From positions 352,001 to 416,000 of the forward strand of contig JAXCHI010000003.1 of the NCBI GenBank assembly GCA_033977065.1: a DNA stretch of 64,000 nucleotides, in the 5' to 3' direction. How positions within the stretch are numbered: position 1 is the first letter of the stretch; the number at the start of each line of letters is the position of its first letter. The notes under the pieces are model-generated. The model ran no database searches. It was not told the origin of the DNA and saw only the letters and a list, made by a program, of their open reading frames with translations. This DNA comes from Candidatus Algichlamydia australiensis (GTDB taxonomy: Bacteria; Chlamydiota; Chlamydiia; Chlamydiales; JAJFMI01). The position numbers and the translations under genes were made by a program. Of this stretch, positions 19,381-28,408 are shown piece after piece.

Positions 19381-20466
19381 GTGAAACGTTTTTTTTGTAT
19401 TGGTTTGTTTTTGCTTTCTTCTGCTTTTGCGGTAGAGGGAATGATGACGTTCGATCAACTGGAGGTGCAGGTAAGAGAGCTGCAAGAGAAGGTTGCCAAC
19501 ATCACTGCGGAAACGCATTTGGATACAAATGCGCTTGTTTTGAAAACTGCGAATCCTGAGGTAGAAGAGGGAACGTGCTGGTTTGCAACAGCGGATATTC
19601 TGTATTGGCATCCTAAGGTAGGGGGGACGGCGTTTGCTTATTCTAATTCCCTCAATAATGTTGGGCTTCCTGTTAAAGGGCGCACAAAAAAAATTGATTT
19701 TGGTTGGGATTGGGGCTTTCGCTTCGGTTTGGGTCGCAACTTCTGCCACGATGAGTGGGACATCTATGTGAATTACACGCATTTCTATTCGACTGATAGT
19801 GAGCATACGGGTGCGGGACTGAACTCAACTGTCATTCCTTTGAAAGGGGCTGTTCTGACGGCAAATGGTGTAGGCAGCGCTAAATCACACTTTGATTTTG
19901 ACTTTGATGCGATTGATTTGGAGTTGGGAAGACACTTTTTTTTGAGTCAGAGGCTTGCGCTTCGTCCTTTTATTGGGCTGAAGACTGCTTGGATCGACTT
20001 GGATCAGGTCACACGTTACACAGGTGGCTCTATCGATATTTTAACGGCTAAGGTTGAGGATCAGTCGGACTTTTGGGGGCTTGGGCCGCGACTTGGTGTT
20101 CACTCTGAGTGGAACCTTTATAGAGGCTTTCGTTTCGTGGGAGATCTTTCGGGCTCTATGCTCTTTGGTCACTTTGACGTAGATCGCCGTGAGCATTTGA
20201 CTTCGTCTCCAGGTCAGGATGTGAAGCTGTGTGCTGATGAAAATCGTTTTTTACCCGTATTACAACTCTTTTTAGGGTTTGGATATGGGACCTATTTTGA
20301 TTGCAAAAATGTCTATCTAACGATTGATGCGGGGTATGAGGCGCAATATTGGTGGCGTGCCAACCAAATGCTGCGTGTTTACGAATATAACGCTTTTCGC
20401 TACGAGCAGATTTCAGAAGACATGACAATGCATGGGCTCACGATCAAACTGCGTCTTGATTTCTGA
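19381..20466 (+). CDS. Lpg1974/Legionella-MOMP-like porin, paralogue 2
   Basis: Same motifs as 17441-18655 (YWHPKVGG, DLELGRHF, C-terminal RLDF). Confidence 0.85.
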   Translation: MKRFFCIGLFLLSSAFAVEGMMTFDQLEVQVRELQEKVANITAETHLDTNALVLKTANPEVEEGTCWFATADILYWHPKVGGTAFAYSNSLNNVGLPVKGRTKKIDFGWDWGFRFGLGRNFCHDEWDIYVNYTHFYSTDSEHTGAGLNSTVIPLKGAVLTANGVGSAKSHFDFDFDAIDLELGRHFFLSQRLALRPFIGLKTAWIDLDQVTRYTGGSIDILTAKVEDQSDFWGLGPRLGVHSEWNLYRGFRFVGDLSGSMLFGHFDVDRREHLTSSPGQDVKLCADENRFLPVLQLFLGFGYGTYFDCKNVYLTIDAGYEAQYWWRANQMLRVYEYNAFRYEQISEDMTMHGLTIKLRLDF

Positions 20467-20728
20467 TTGAGAAGTCAGAAAAGTTTTCTCCACGACTTCT
20501 TACGTTGATCTCTTTGCGATCAATGCGAACGAGAGGGTTGCTCTTTTCAATCGCAGCTAAAAGGTTTTCTGCTGCCAGGCGATCGCCTAAAAAACAGATT
20601 TCGATTCCACCGTCGTTGCAATTACAAACATATCCTTTCAAACCAAGTTTTGCCGCAGTCTTTTTTGTGGCTCTGCGAAAAAAGACACCCTGAACTCTTC
20701 CCCAGGCGCGAATGTGGATTTCATCCAT
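20444..20728 (-). CDS. acyP: Acylphosphatase
   Basis: GRVQGVFFR and GYVCN..DG motifs. Confidence 0.9.
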   Translation of the reverse strand: MDEIHIRAWGRVQGVFFRRATKKTAAKLGLKGYVCNCNDGGIEICFLGDRLAAENLLAAIEKSNPLVRIDRKEINVRSRGENFSDFSIRNQDAV

Positions 20729-21695
20729 AGATGTTTATGATCTCTCTTGCTTCTTCAAGCGAGGCGATGCGGCTCAATTTTTCACGCAGCACCTTGCTTC
20801 CTTCACTCTTCTTTAAATACCAAGAGCTAATTCGACGCAAGTCGAGAAGAGCACGCCTTGTCGGCTGATAAGCTAAGATTTTTTCAAGGTGCTCAAGCAG
20901 AGTCTCTTTGATCTGCTCTTTTGTTTTGGGGGGCGGGGGATTTCCTTCTAGAGTTTCGACAACATCCTGGAAAATCCATGGGGCGCCGAGTGTTCCACGT
21001 GAAATCAAGATGCCATCGCAATCTGTTTGCTCAAAAATGGCAAGAGCGCTCTTGCCATCAAAGATATCGCCGTTTCCGACAACAAGAATCTCTTTGGCAA
21101 CCTTTTTGGATTCAGCAATGGGGGACCAGTCGGCAAAGCCTTTGTAGCCCTGCTCGCGTGTGCGGCCGTGAATAGTGATCATCTTCGCGCCCGCTTGTTC
21201 GGCAATTTTTGTGATTTCAGGAGCAATGATGTGGTTGTCATCCCATCCCATGCGAATCTTAACCGTGACTGGAATTTGAACAGCATTGACCATTTCAAAG
21301 AGAATTTCGCCCATTTTTTCAGGATTTTTGAGAAGAGCGGAGCCGCTGCCATCTTTGGTCACTTTGTCTACGGGACAACCGCAGTTTAAATCGAGGAGGT
21401 CAAATCCTAATTCTTCCACTTGCCTTGCTGCTTGAGCGGCAATTTTGGGGTTGGCACCGCAAAGTTGCGCCCCAATCGGGTGCATATCTCCCTCATAATC
21501 GAGAAGGCGGTAGGTGCCGGGATCAAAACGCACAAGCGCCTCCATCTTGACCATCTCATTAAAGAAAATGCCCGGACGGTAGCGTTGCGCCATTTGGCGA
21601 TAGGGGAGATCTGAGCAGCCCGCCAGGGGTGCATAGAAAATATTCGATTTTAACTGGAGCGATCCAATCTTTAGGGGACGAAAAAACTTTTTCAC
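20721..21695 (-). CDS. dusB: tRNA-dihydrouridine synthase
   Basis: APLAG, DLNCGCP, VTVKIR, HGRT and NGDI motifs. Likely GTG start at 21695 overlaps the yggT stop; the longer ORF-track N-terminus is spurious. Confidence 0.92.
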   Translation of the reverse strand: MKKFFRPLKIGSLQLKSNIFYAPLAGCSDLPYRQMAQRYRPGIFFNEMVKMEALVRFDPGTYRLLDYEGDMHPIGAQLCGANPKIAAQAARQVEELGFDLLDLNCGCPVDKVTKDGSGSALLKNPEKMGEILFEMVNAVQIPVTVKIRMGWDDNHIIAPEITKIAEQAGAKMITIHGRTREQGYKGFADWSPIAESKKVAKEILVVGNGDIFDGKSALAIFEQTDCDGILISRGTLGAPWIFQDVVETLEGNPPPPKTKEQIKETLLEHLEKILAYQPTRRALLDLRRISSWYLKKSEGSKVLREKLSRIASLEEAREIINIYG

Positions 21696-21961
21696 AGAAA
21701 TAGAGCTATTAGCGTTCTCATTACAAGATATTTTATAATATAGAGCGCAAAAAATGCAACAAGGGGGCTGATGTCCATCACTCCGCCAATGGGAGGGATA
21801 ATACGGCGAAAAATGTTGAGGTAGGGATCGGTGTAAAAGGAGACAAATTGCATAAACTTTGAATTTTGCAGCTGAGGAATCCAGCTGCCGAGCACGCGAA
21901 TAATCAATAAAAGAGTATAGGCAGAAAAGAGATAGTTGATTGTCTTGATTACATAAAGCAT
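21692..21961 (-). CDS. yggT: YggT family membrane protein
   Basis: RVLGSWIP, TDPYL..FRRIIPPIGG and DISP motifs; AGGAGG RBS. Confidence 0.93.
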   Translation of the reverse strand: MLYVIKTINYLFSAYTLLLIIRVLGSWIPQLQNSKFMQFVSFYTDPYLNIFRRIIPPIGGVMDISPLVAFFALYIIKYLVMRTLIALFL

Positions 21962-22016
21962 AATCCTCCTTATACCAGATGCAAAATATAGATAAAATCC
22001 TTATAATCATTACCAA

Positions 22017-23327
22017 ATGAGAAGTGAAAAGCGAAAAAAATCTGTAGTTGCACTCTCTCTTGATGGAGACACACTAGAGATCACTCGTTACAAAGACGGA
22101 GCCTTCTGTTCAAAAAAAATTGTAGGGGAGCGGGCGTTACTGAGAATCGCTCTTGATCAAGAGGTGGGGCAAGCTGAGGTTGTTACAGCTCTTGGTGGTG
22201 CAGAGCTTCTTTTTCGCAGCCTTGAAATGCCTTTGCGAGAAAAGCGCGCTATTTTCAAAGCCCTACCTTTTCAACTTGAGAATCTTATCCCCTTTTCTGC
22301 CGAAGAGGCTCTTGTCTTGCCCCTTCTTAAACGAAAGGGGCGCAAGAAGACAAGAGTGGAACTGTTTGCCACACAGAAGAAAAGTTTAGAGAGGCACTTG
22401 CAATTCTGGCATCGTCTCTTTATTGAGCCCGACTTTGTCTCTGCTCACATTCAAGGGTTGTGGCGTTTTTTGCAAAAGAGAGGGCAGAAAGAGGCGACCC
22501 TACTTCATTTAGGAGAGAGGGAGAGCTATTTGCTTCTTATAAAGGGGGGAGAGTTGCAAGCGGCGATCTCCTTGAGAGTGGGGAGCAGCTCCCCAGAATC
22601 GGAAATAAAAAAAGAGCTATATAGAGCCTTTCACTTTTTGGGTGCAGATCTCCCACCGCTCTTAATCACTGGAAACGAATACCCAAAAATCCGTGAGTTG
22701 ATCTCCACGCTTGTAGACAAAATTTCTTTGGCAACTGATGAAGCGGCTCCTTTTGCTTTAACGGTTGGGCTAGCTCTAGATGCAGCGGTGCAAGATCGCC
22801 ACAGCTTGCAATTTCGGCTAAATGAGTATGCGCCCGTTTTGCAGGTCGCTAAAGCAAAGAAAAGATTTGCACTTTTTGCTTCCTGTACTCTTCTCTATCT
22901 TCTCGTTTTCTCACTTGTGGGGAGAGGAGTTGTACAAAAAAAAGAGAGAAGGCTTGAAAAACGCAAAGAGAAAATTTCACTTCTGTGTAAACAAAAGCTT
23001 AAAACAACACCAAATGGCTTAAGTAAAGTAGAGGTTGGGTCGGGAACAGAGACACCTCCCCCTTTGGTATCAGACCTTCTTGCCTATTTGGCCGCTCTTC
23101 CTGAATTGGAGAGAGGGGTCGAAATCAAGAAAGTGCATTACAGCCTACTTCACTATCCTACGGTAGAGAAGCCCAATACTCGGTACGAGGTGGAAGTCTG
23201 CCTAGAAGTTTTCACTGAATCCTCGGAGCTAGCAAATAAATTTTATGAAAAAATTCGAAAAGAGAAGAAAAAAGTGAGATGGCAACGTTATGAAAAGAGC
23301 TATCAAATTACATTTACCTATTCATAA
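22017..23327 (+). CDS. PilM/GspL-like actin-fold membrane-anchored protein (CT646-like)
   Basis: LFRSLEMP...ALPFQLENLIPF resembles PilM/GspL cytoplasmic domains; single TM near residue 290. Confidence 0.55.
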   Translation: MRSEKRKKSVVALSLDGDTLEITRYKDGAFCSKKIVGERALLRIALDQEVGQAEVVTALGGAELLFRSLEMPLREKRAIFKALPFQLENLIPFSAEEALVLPLLKRKGRKKTRVELFATQKKSLERHLQFWHRLFIEPDFVSAHIQGLWRFLQKRGQKEATLLHLGERESYLLLIKGGELQAAISLRVGSSSPESEIKKELYRAFHFLGADLPPLLITGNEYPKIRELISTLVDKISLATDEAAPFALTVGLALDAAVQDRHSLQFRLNEYAPVLQVAKAKKRFALFASCTLLYLLVFSLVGRGVVQKKERRLEKRKEKISLLCKQKLKTTPNGLSKVEVGSGTETPPPLVSDLLAYLAALPELERGVEIKKVHYSLLHYPTVEKPNTRYEVEVCLEVFTESSELANKFYEKIRKEKKKVRWQRYEKSYQITFTYS

Positions 23328-23913
23328 ACCCTATTTGTGGGTCTCTCTTTTTTGCCTAGCACTTATGAGTGTGGCTATTCCCTTCTGTTTTTTTCAAAAA
23401 AAACTCTCCACCCTTATTGAACAGGAGCAAGAGCTAAACAATTTAGAAAGAAGAGTTCGTCTCACAATTGGACGTCATGGCAACCATAAAAGATATGTAG
23501 AGAGGTTTGCAGAAGCTGATTCCCAGTACATCAGTCGGTATTTAGAGAAAATGCACTTCTTGGAAGAAGAGAAAAAGACTCTGCAAATTCTAGCGAGCCA
23601 GGGGGGACTTGTTAAGCAAGTAGAACTCAAACCTCTTTTAGAAAACCAGCTACGATTTGCTGAAGTGACAAGACGCAAACAGAAGAATTACGAAGAGATA
23701 GAGCTCTCACAGATGCAGCCTGTAAAGATGAATCTGCAAGACATAAAAACTTTCCTGAGTGCTGTTGAGGGGGCTCCCTTTTCCTCTATTAAAACTCCAA
23801 AGACGCGTCCGCAACTTTTGATCAAGGAGCTTATACTGGAAAAGGAGAAGTTTTTTGCATCTAAAGAGATCTACTCAGTTAAAAGTCAAATTATTCAAAG
23901 AGATATTCAATGA
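23290..23913 (+). CDS. Bitopic membrane protein (CT647-like; possibly PilO/GspM-like)
   Basis: N-terminal TM followed by a coiled coil; operonic overlap with both neighbours. Confidence 0.55.
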   Translation: MKRAIKLHLPIHKPYLWVSLFCLALMSVAIPFCFFQKKLSTLIEQEQELNNLERRVRLTIGRHGNHKRYVERFAEADSQYISRYLEKMHFLEEEKKTLQILASQGGLVKQVELKPLLENQLRFAEVTRRKQKNYEEIELSQMQPVKMNLQDIKTFLSAVEGAPFSSIKTPKTRPQLLIKELILEKEKFFASKEIYSVKSQIIQRDIQ

Positions 23914-25178
23914 AAAAACACCTTCTTCTCACTCTTTTTCTCCTCACATCTTGTGCAACAAGAGTTTCGCAAGACCCTGAGCAGATGACTACTCTGCAAA
24001 TTGTCGATCGCAACGGCTTTAGTGAAACCATTAGTTCCAAAGATCGATTAAAAAAATTCCAAACCGCTAATTTTTTTGCTTCACAGCCCTACCGCAAAGT
24101 GATGCGTCTCTACCCGCATGATCCGCAAGGACGTATTCCCTCTAAAATCACAAGCTACCATGAGAATGGCTCCATTTGGCAATATTTAGAAGTCTCCTCA
24201 GGCAGAGCTAATGGGATCTATCGCGAGTGGCTGCCCAATGGCACTCTGCATTTGGAAGCACAAGTCATCGAAGGAATTGGAGATCTTCATTTTGAAGCGC
24301 AAGAGAGCTGGGTTTTTGATGGAATCAATCGCGTCTTTGATGAGCAGGGAAGAGTTTCAGCAGAAATCGCCTATCAGCATGGTGTTCAGCAAGGCAATAC
24401 CTATTTTTACTATCCAAATGGCGCTGTAAAACAGCTCATTCCGTTTGATAAAGGTGTGATTGAAGGAGAGTTACAACTCTTTGATAAAGAGGGTAACTTG
24501 ATCGGAGCTTCGCTCTATCACAACGGGCTCCTTTCAGGTAGATCCTATTTTTTGGGAGATAAAGAGCAGCCCGCTTTTGAGGAGGAGTACTTGCGAGGCA
24601 CTTTAGAGACAGGAACTTACTACGATTTTTCAGGAAAAGTTTTTTCTCAAGTCATTGACGGACATGGAGAGAAACCGAACTATCATGAGTCCATGCTTTA
24701 TGAAATAGCAGAGTACCGCTCTGGCAGACCCGAGGGACTTGTTAAGCGATTTGCTAAAGAGGGCTTTATCGAATCGGAGTTTATGGTAAAAGAGGGGATG
24801 CGCCATGGAGAAGAGCGCGTCTTCTTTCCTTCAAAAAAAGGAAGCGCACCAAAAGTGAAGCTTACACTTGACTGGTACGAAGATGAAGTCCATGGTATGG
24901 TCAAGACTTATTATAAAAATGGAATGCTCGAGAGCCAGCGTGAGACTTCCCATAACAAAAAACAAGGAATGGCTTTTGCCTGGTACCGTGACGGCAACTT
25001 AATGCTAGTTGAAGAGTATGAGAATGACCGGTTAATTAAAGGAAGCTACATGAAGCCGGGAGAAAAAGATCCTACTACAACAGTTGCAAATGGTGAAGGA
25101 GAGGCACTTCTCTATGACGGTTATGGAACTTTTGTGAGGCGTGTGAGATATGAGAATGGAAGACCCCAAGACAGTTGA
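23910..25178 (+). CDS. MORN-variant repeat lipoprotein (CT648-like)
   Basis: Lipobox LTSC and repeated Y.xNG / G....YY.NG units. Confidence 0.8.
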   Translation: MKKHLLLTLFLLTSCATRVSQDPEQMTTLQIVDRNGFSETISSKDRLKKFQTANFFASQPYRKVMRLYPHDPQGRIPSKITSYHENGSIWQYLEVSSGRANGIYREWLPNGTLHLEAQVIEGIGDLHFEAQESWVFDGINRVFDEQGRVSAEIAYQHGVQQGNTYFYYPNGAVKQLIPFDKGVIEGELQLFDKEGNLIGASLYHNGLLSGRSYFLGDKEQPAFEEEYLRGTLETGTYYDFSGKVFSQVIDGHGEKPNYHESMLYEIAEYRSGRPEGLVKRFAKEGFIESEFMVKEGMRHGEERVFFPSKKGSAPKVKLTLDWYEDEVHGMVKTYYKNGMLESQRETSHNKKQGMAFAWYRDGNLMLVEEYENDRLIKGSYMKPGEKDPTTTVANGEGEALLYDGYGTFVRRVRYENGRPQDS

Positions 25179-25716
25179 AGAATTAAAAGAGAGTTTACGT
25201 CTTTTTCTCAAAGAGAAGCGGAGTAAAGTAACAAAAAAGCATCGCAACTGGGCGCGTGAAGATCTGCTTAATGAGCTCGTGCCTGTTCTTAAGCTCTTTC
25301 CCGCTGTACTCTCCTTTGCCAATACGGAAGAAGAGATTGATCTCTCTCCCCTCAATGAAATTTTAGCAAAAGAGAAACGCCTTCTCCTTCCAAGAGTTGA
25401 GGAGGGGCAGATCGTTCCCTACTTCGTAACAGATTTGGAAAACGGTCTTAAGTTCTCGAAATGGAAAGTTCGCGAGCCCGATCCTACCCGCTGCCAGAAA
25501 GCAAACCTTGAGAAAGTTCACTGCGTACTGGTTCCAGGCTTAGGGTTCGATTCGCTTAAACATCGCCTTGGTTATGGGAAGGGTTGTTATGATAAACTTC
25601 TGCAAAAACTGCCCCAAACACCCGCTTTTGGCCTCGGCTTTAAGGAGCAGCTAATTTCGGATCACTTGCCCACTGGCCCTCACGATCGCCGTCTCACAAG
25701 GCTTTATCTCTATTAA
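25150..25716 (+). CDS. ygfA: 5-formyltetrahydrofolate cyclo-ligase
   Basis: LVPGLGFD...RLGYGKGCYD and PHD motifs. Confidence 0.92.
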   Translation: MRMEDPKTVEELKESLRLFLKEKRSKVTKKHRNWAREDLLNELVPVLKLFPAVLSFANTEEEIDLSPLNEILAKEKRLLLPRVEEGQIVPYFVTDLENGLKFSKWKVREPDPTRCQKANLEKVHCVLVPGLGFDSLKHRLGYGKGCYDKLLQKLPQTPAFGLGFKEQLISDHLPTGPHDRRLTRLYLY

Positions 25717-25748
25717 TATCAACATCTTACATCTTGATCTTGTAAAAA

Positions 25749-25796
25749 GTGACAGATTTGTCATTTTTTGCTAGTATAAAGTGACAAATCTGTCAC
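25749..25796. promoter_or_regulatory. Pair of TGACA-N4-TGTCA palindromes upstream of the ATPase gene
   Basis: GTGACAGATTTGTCA (25749) and its exact reverse complement TGACAAATCTGTCAC (25782). Confidence 0.65.
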
Positions 25797-25809
25797 AAAT
25801 GGATGGTTT

Positions 25810-27120
25810 ATGAAGCGTAAACTAATGAAAAATCTTCTTTTGTGGAAAAAGAAAAAAGATCGCAAGCCTCTCTTGGTCAAAGGGGTAAGACAAGTTGGAA
25901 AGACGCACTTACTCAAAAATTTCGGAAAAGATAATTTTCCTCAATACCATTACATAAATTTTGAAAAAATGCCTAAAATGGCCACGATTTTTGAGCCAGA
26001 TCTCGATCCAAAAAGAATTCTCTCTGATTTGAGCTTTTATCTAGGAAAATCGATCCAGGTTGGTAAAGACTTGCTCATCTTTGATGAGATTCAGGAGTGT
26101 CCCAAAGCTCTAACTAGTTTGAAGTATTTTCAGGAAGAGATGCCAAAACTCCATCTTTGCGGGGCAGGCTCTCTTTTAGGGCTTCATCTTAACTCTGGTT
26201 CTTTTCCAGTTGGTAAAGTTACATTTGAAACCTTGCGACCTTTAAGTTTTGAAGAGTTCTTATGGGCAACAAAGAGCAAGTCGCTTCCTTACTACGAAAA
26301 TCCGAAAAAAATTTCCTCTGTTATTCATGAATACCTTTGGGAGGAGCTTAAACACTATTTCATTGTAGGAGGACTTCCTGAGGTAGTAAAGGTCTATTGC
26401 GAAAAAAAGGAAAACCTTTTTGAGGCTTTCTCAGAGGTAAGAAAAAAACAAGATGATCTTCTTAAATCGTATTATGCAGATATTGCGAAACACTCCGGAA
26501 AAGTAAATGCAATGCATATCGATCGTGTTTTGAATTCAATTCCAGCACAAATGAGTCAAGTTCATGATGGATCGATCACACGCTATAAATTCCGTGGTGT
26601 TGTTCCTGGAATTACTCACTACGATCGTATAGTTGGAGCAATTGATTGGCTTGAAGCAACAGGACTTGCGGTCAAAATTTCTATTGTTAATAGTGCGAAT
26701 CTTCCTTTCAGGGCTTATACAAAAGAGAACGCATTTAAACTGCTTCTTTTTGATGTAGGAATTTTAGGTAGTATGGCTGGTCTCTCACCAAATGTCCTTT
26801 TAAAAGCAACATATGGAAGCTACAAAGGCTATTTTGCAGAAAATTTTGTGGCACAAGAGTTGCTTGCAAGTGGTCAAGAAGATCTTTATTGCTGGCAAGA
26901 AAAGAGAATGGAGGTTGAGTTTATTCTCGATGTTCAAGGAGAAGTAATCCCAATGGAGGTAAAAGCAGGTCGTATTACAAAAGCGAAAAGCCTGCACATT
27001 TTTGCAGAAAAATATCGACCGCCTTTTCAAGTTATATTTAGTGGAAAGCCTTTTTGTGAAAAACCAAAAATAAAACTATATCCACTCTATCTTGCAGGAA
27101 AATATAATGGTTATATGTGA
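25810..27120 (+). CDS. AAA ATPase with DUF4143 / C-terminal PD-(D/E)XK-like domain
   Basis: Walker A GVRQVGKT, Walker B IFDEIQ, GGLPE, ENFVAQEL and EVEF...PMEVKAG motifs. Confidence 0.9.
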   Translation: MKRKLMKNLLLWKKKKDRKPLLVKGVRQVGKTHLLKNFGKDNFPQYHYINFEKMPKMATIFEPDLDPKRILSDLSFYLGKSIQVGKDLLIFDEIQECPKALTSLKYFQEEMPKLHLCGAGSLLGLHLNSGSFPVGKVTFETLRPLSFEEFLWATKSKSLPYYENPKKISSVIHEYLWEELKHYFIVGGLPEVVKVYCEKKENLFEAFSEVRKKQDDLLKSYYADIAKHSGKVNAMHIDRVLNSIPAQMSQVHDGSITRYKFRGVVPGITHYDRIVGAIDWLEATGLAVKISIVNSANLPFRAYTKENAFKLLLFDVGILGSMAGLSPNVLLKATYGSYKGYFAENFVAQELLASGQEDLYCWQEKRMEVEFILDVQGEVIPMEVKAGRITKAKSLHIFAEKYRPPFQVIFSGKPFCEKPKIKLYPLYLAGKYNGYM

Positions 27121-27151
27121 TTTTTGTCATAAACCTAATTATGAGGAAAAA

Positions 27152-27433
27152 ATGACTTCAGCAGTCGCGAAGGGAGCTTGGGCACTAGCTCAAAAACTTG
27201 AACCCATCACGGCAGCGATGCCTACTTTTGCGGTCATTATGAGTGTAGGGCACTTTATTCACGCTCGCAATGCAGACGTAAATTGCTGGAAGAAAAATTT
27301 AGCTATGGCTGGAGCTCTTCTTCTCTTATCTTCCTCCACTCTATACAATCGAAGCTTTGGTATTATCGTTTCTACGATTGCTTGTATTGCATCTCAAGCG
27401 ATTACTCAAAGCAATTGTAAACACAAAAATTAA
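27152..27433 (+). CDS. Small hydrophobic membrane protein
   Basis: GAGG RBS before the ATG at 27152; about three hydrophobic segments. Confidence 0.55.
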   Translation: MTSAVAKGAWALAQKLEPITAAMPTFAVIMSVGHFIHARNADVNCWKKNLAMAGALLLLSSSTLYNRSFGIIVSTIACIASQAITQSNCKHKN

Positions 27434-27762
27434 CTGTTTTTTTCAGGGGGTTGCTGTTGATCCGGTTTGCAAAAGCGACGACCAGATGAGGCCTGGGCAG
27501 GGACGGTATAGCCTGTTCCTACATTCTGTTGAACACCATACTCATTGCCATCTTTACAGTACCAGATAACTGTGTAGGGGGTTTGAGAGAAAGTTTGGGT
27601 ATTTTGTGTCGTATCTTGCCACTTGAATTGATGCTGGGGGGTGAGCTGAATGGTTCCTTTATCAGTACCGTCTGCTGCAATGATTTGCGCTTTGAGCGTG
27701 AAAGGCGAGTCGTTATAGAGAACAATTGAGATGGCAAATAGCGGAAAGAGCAGAAAATTCAT
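27430..27762 (-). CDS. Small secreted Cys-containing protein, paralogue 3
   Basis: NDSPFTL, W.C...EYGV and AQ...G.R.C motifs; ATGA overlap with the upstream paralogue. Confidence 0.85.
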   Translation of the reverse strand: MNFLLFPLFAISIVLYNDSPFTLKAQIIAADGTDKGTIQLTPQHQFKWQDTTQNTQTFSQTPYTVIWYCKDGNEYGVQQNVGTGYTVPAQASSGRRFCKPDQQQPPEKNS

Positions 27763-28076
27763 GGACCACTCTCCTCTTTTGTAGGTTGGCAGCGCCTTGC
27801 GCCTGATGCACTTTGTGCATTGCAAGTTGTACTTGCTGCAACTTTATAATTTACTCCATATTCTGCTCCGCTTAAGCATGTCCAAAGAACCGCAAAAGGA
27901 CCTTCCGAATAAGAAGTGAGATTTTGATAAGTCTCATTCCATTTGAAATAGGAATTAGGAGGAAGAGTCATCTTTGATACAGGTTTTAAATCCTTATCAA
28001 AGAGTTCAGCATTCAGCGTATAGGGGCTATCATTTTTTAAAATGACTGAGGCTGCAAGAAAGAGAAGGAAAATCAT
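27759..28076 (-). CDS. Small secreted Cys-containing protein, paralogue 2
   Basis: Same motifs as paralogues 1 and 3; ATGA overlap. Confidence 0.85.
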   Translation of the reverse strand: MIFLLFLAASVILKNDSPYTLNAELFDKDLKPVSKMTLPPNSYFKWNETYQNLTSYSEGPFAVLWTCLSGAEYGVNYKVAASTTCNAQSASGARRCQPTKEESGP

Positions 28077-28408
28077 GGACCCTCCTCTGGGGTCGACTTA
28101 TGGCAGTAACGGGCGCCTGCTGATTCTTGCGCTGATGTGATGGCACCTGAGCCAATGTTGTAAGAGACCCCATACTCAGCGACGCTTGTACATGTCCAGA
28201 TGACAGAGTAGGGAGCATTTGTACCGGGCTCTGTAGGTCCATAAGATTCACTCCAGGAAAAGAGATCATTTGGCTCGATGCTCATTGAGGTGAGAGTTAT
28301 TCCTGCGTTACTAATAATTGTAGCTCCTAAGGTGTAGGGGCTATCATTTTTTAGCGTAATGGAAGAGCCAAAAAGGGTAAGAGGGAGTAGAAAAAGAGAT
28401 CTTTTCAT
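28073..28408 (-). CDS. Small secreted Cys-containing protein, paralogue 1
   Basis: Same motifs; start overlaps the natural oppA stop. Confidence 0.85.
   Translation of the reverse strand: MKRSLFLLPLTLFGSSITLKNDSPYTLGATIISNAGITLTSMSIEPNDLFSWSESYGPTEPGTNAPYSVIWTCTSVAEYGVSYNIGSGAITSAQESAGARYCHKSTPEEGP

Noticed and set aside
21696..22016. N-terminal extension of DusB in the ORF track
   Set aside because: It overlaps yggT in another frame; Dus homology begins near the GTG at 21695.
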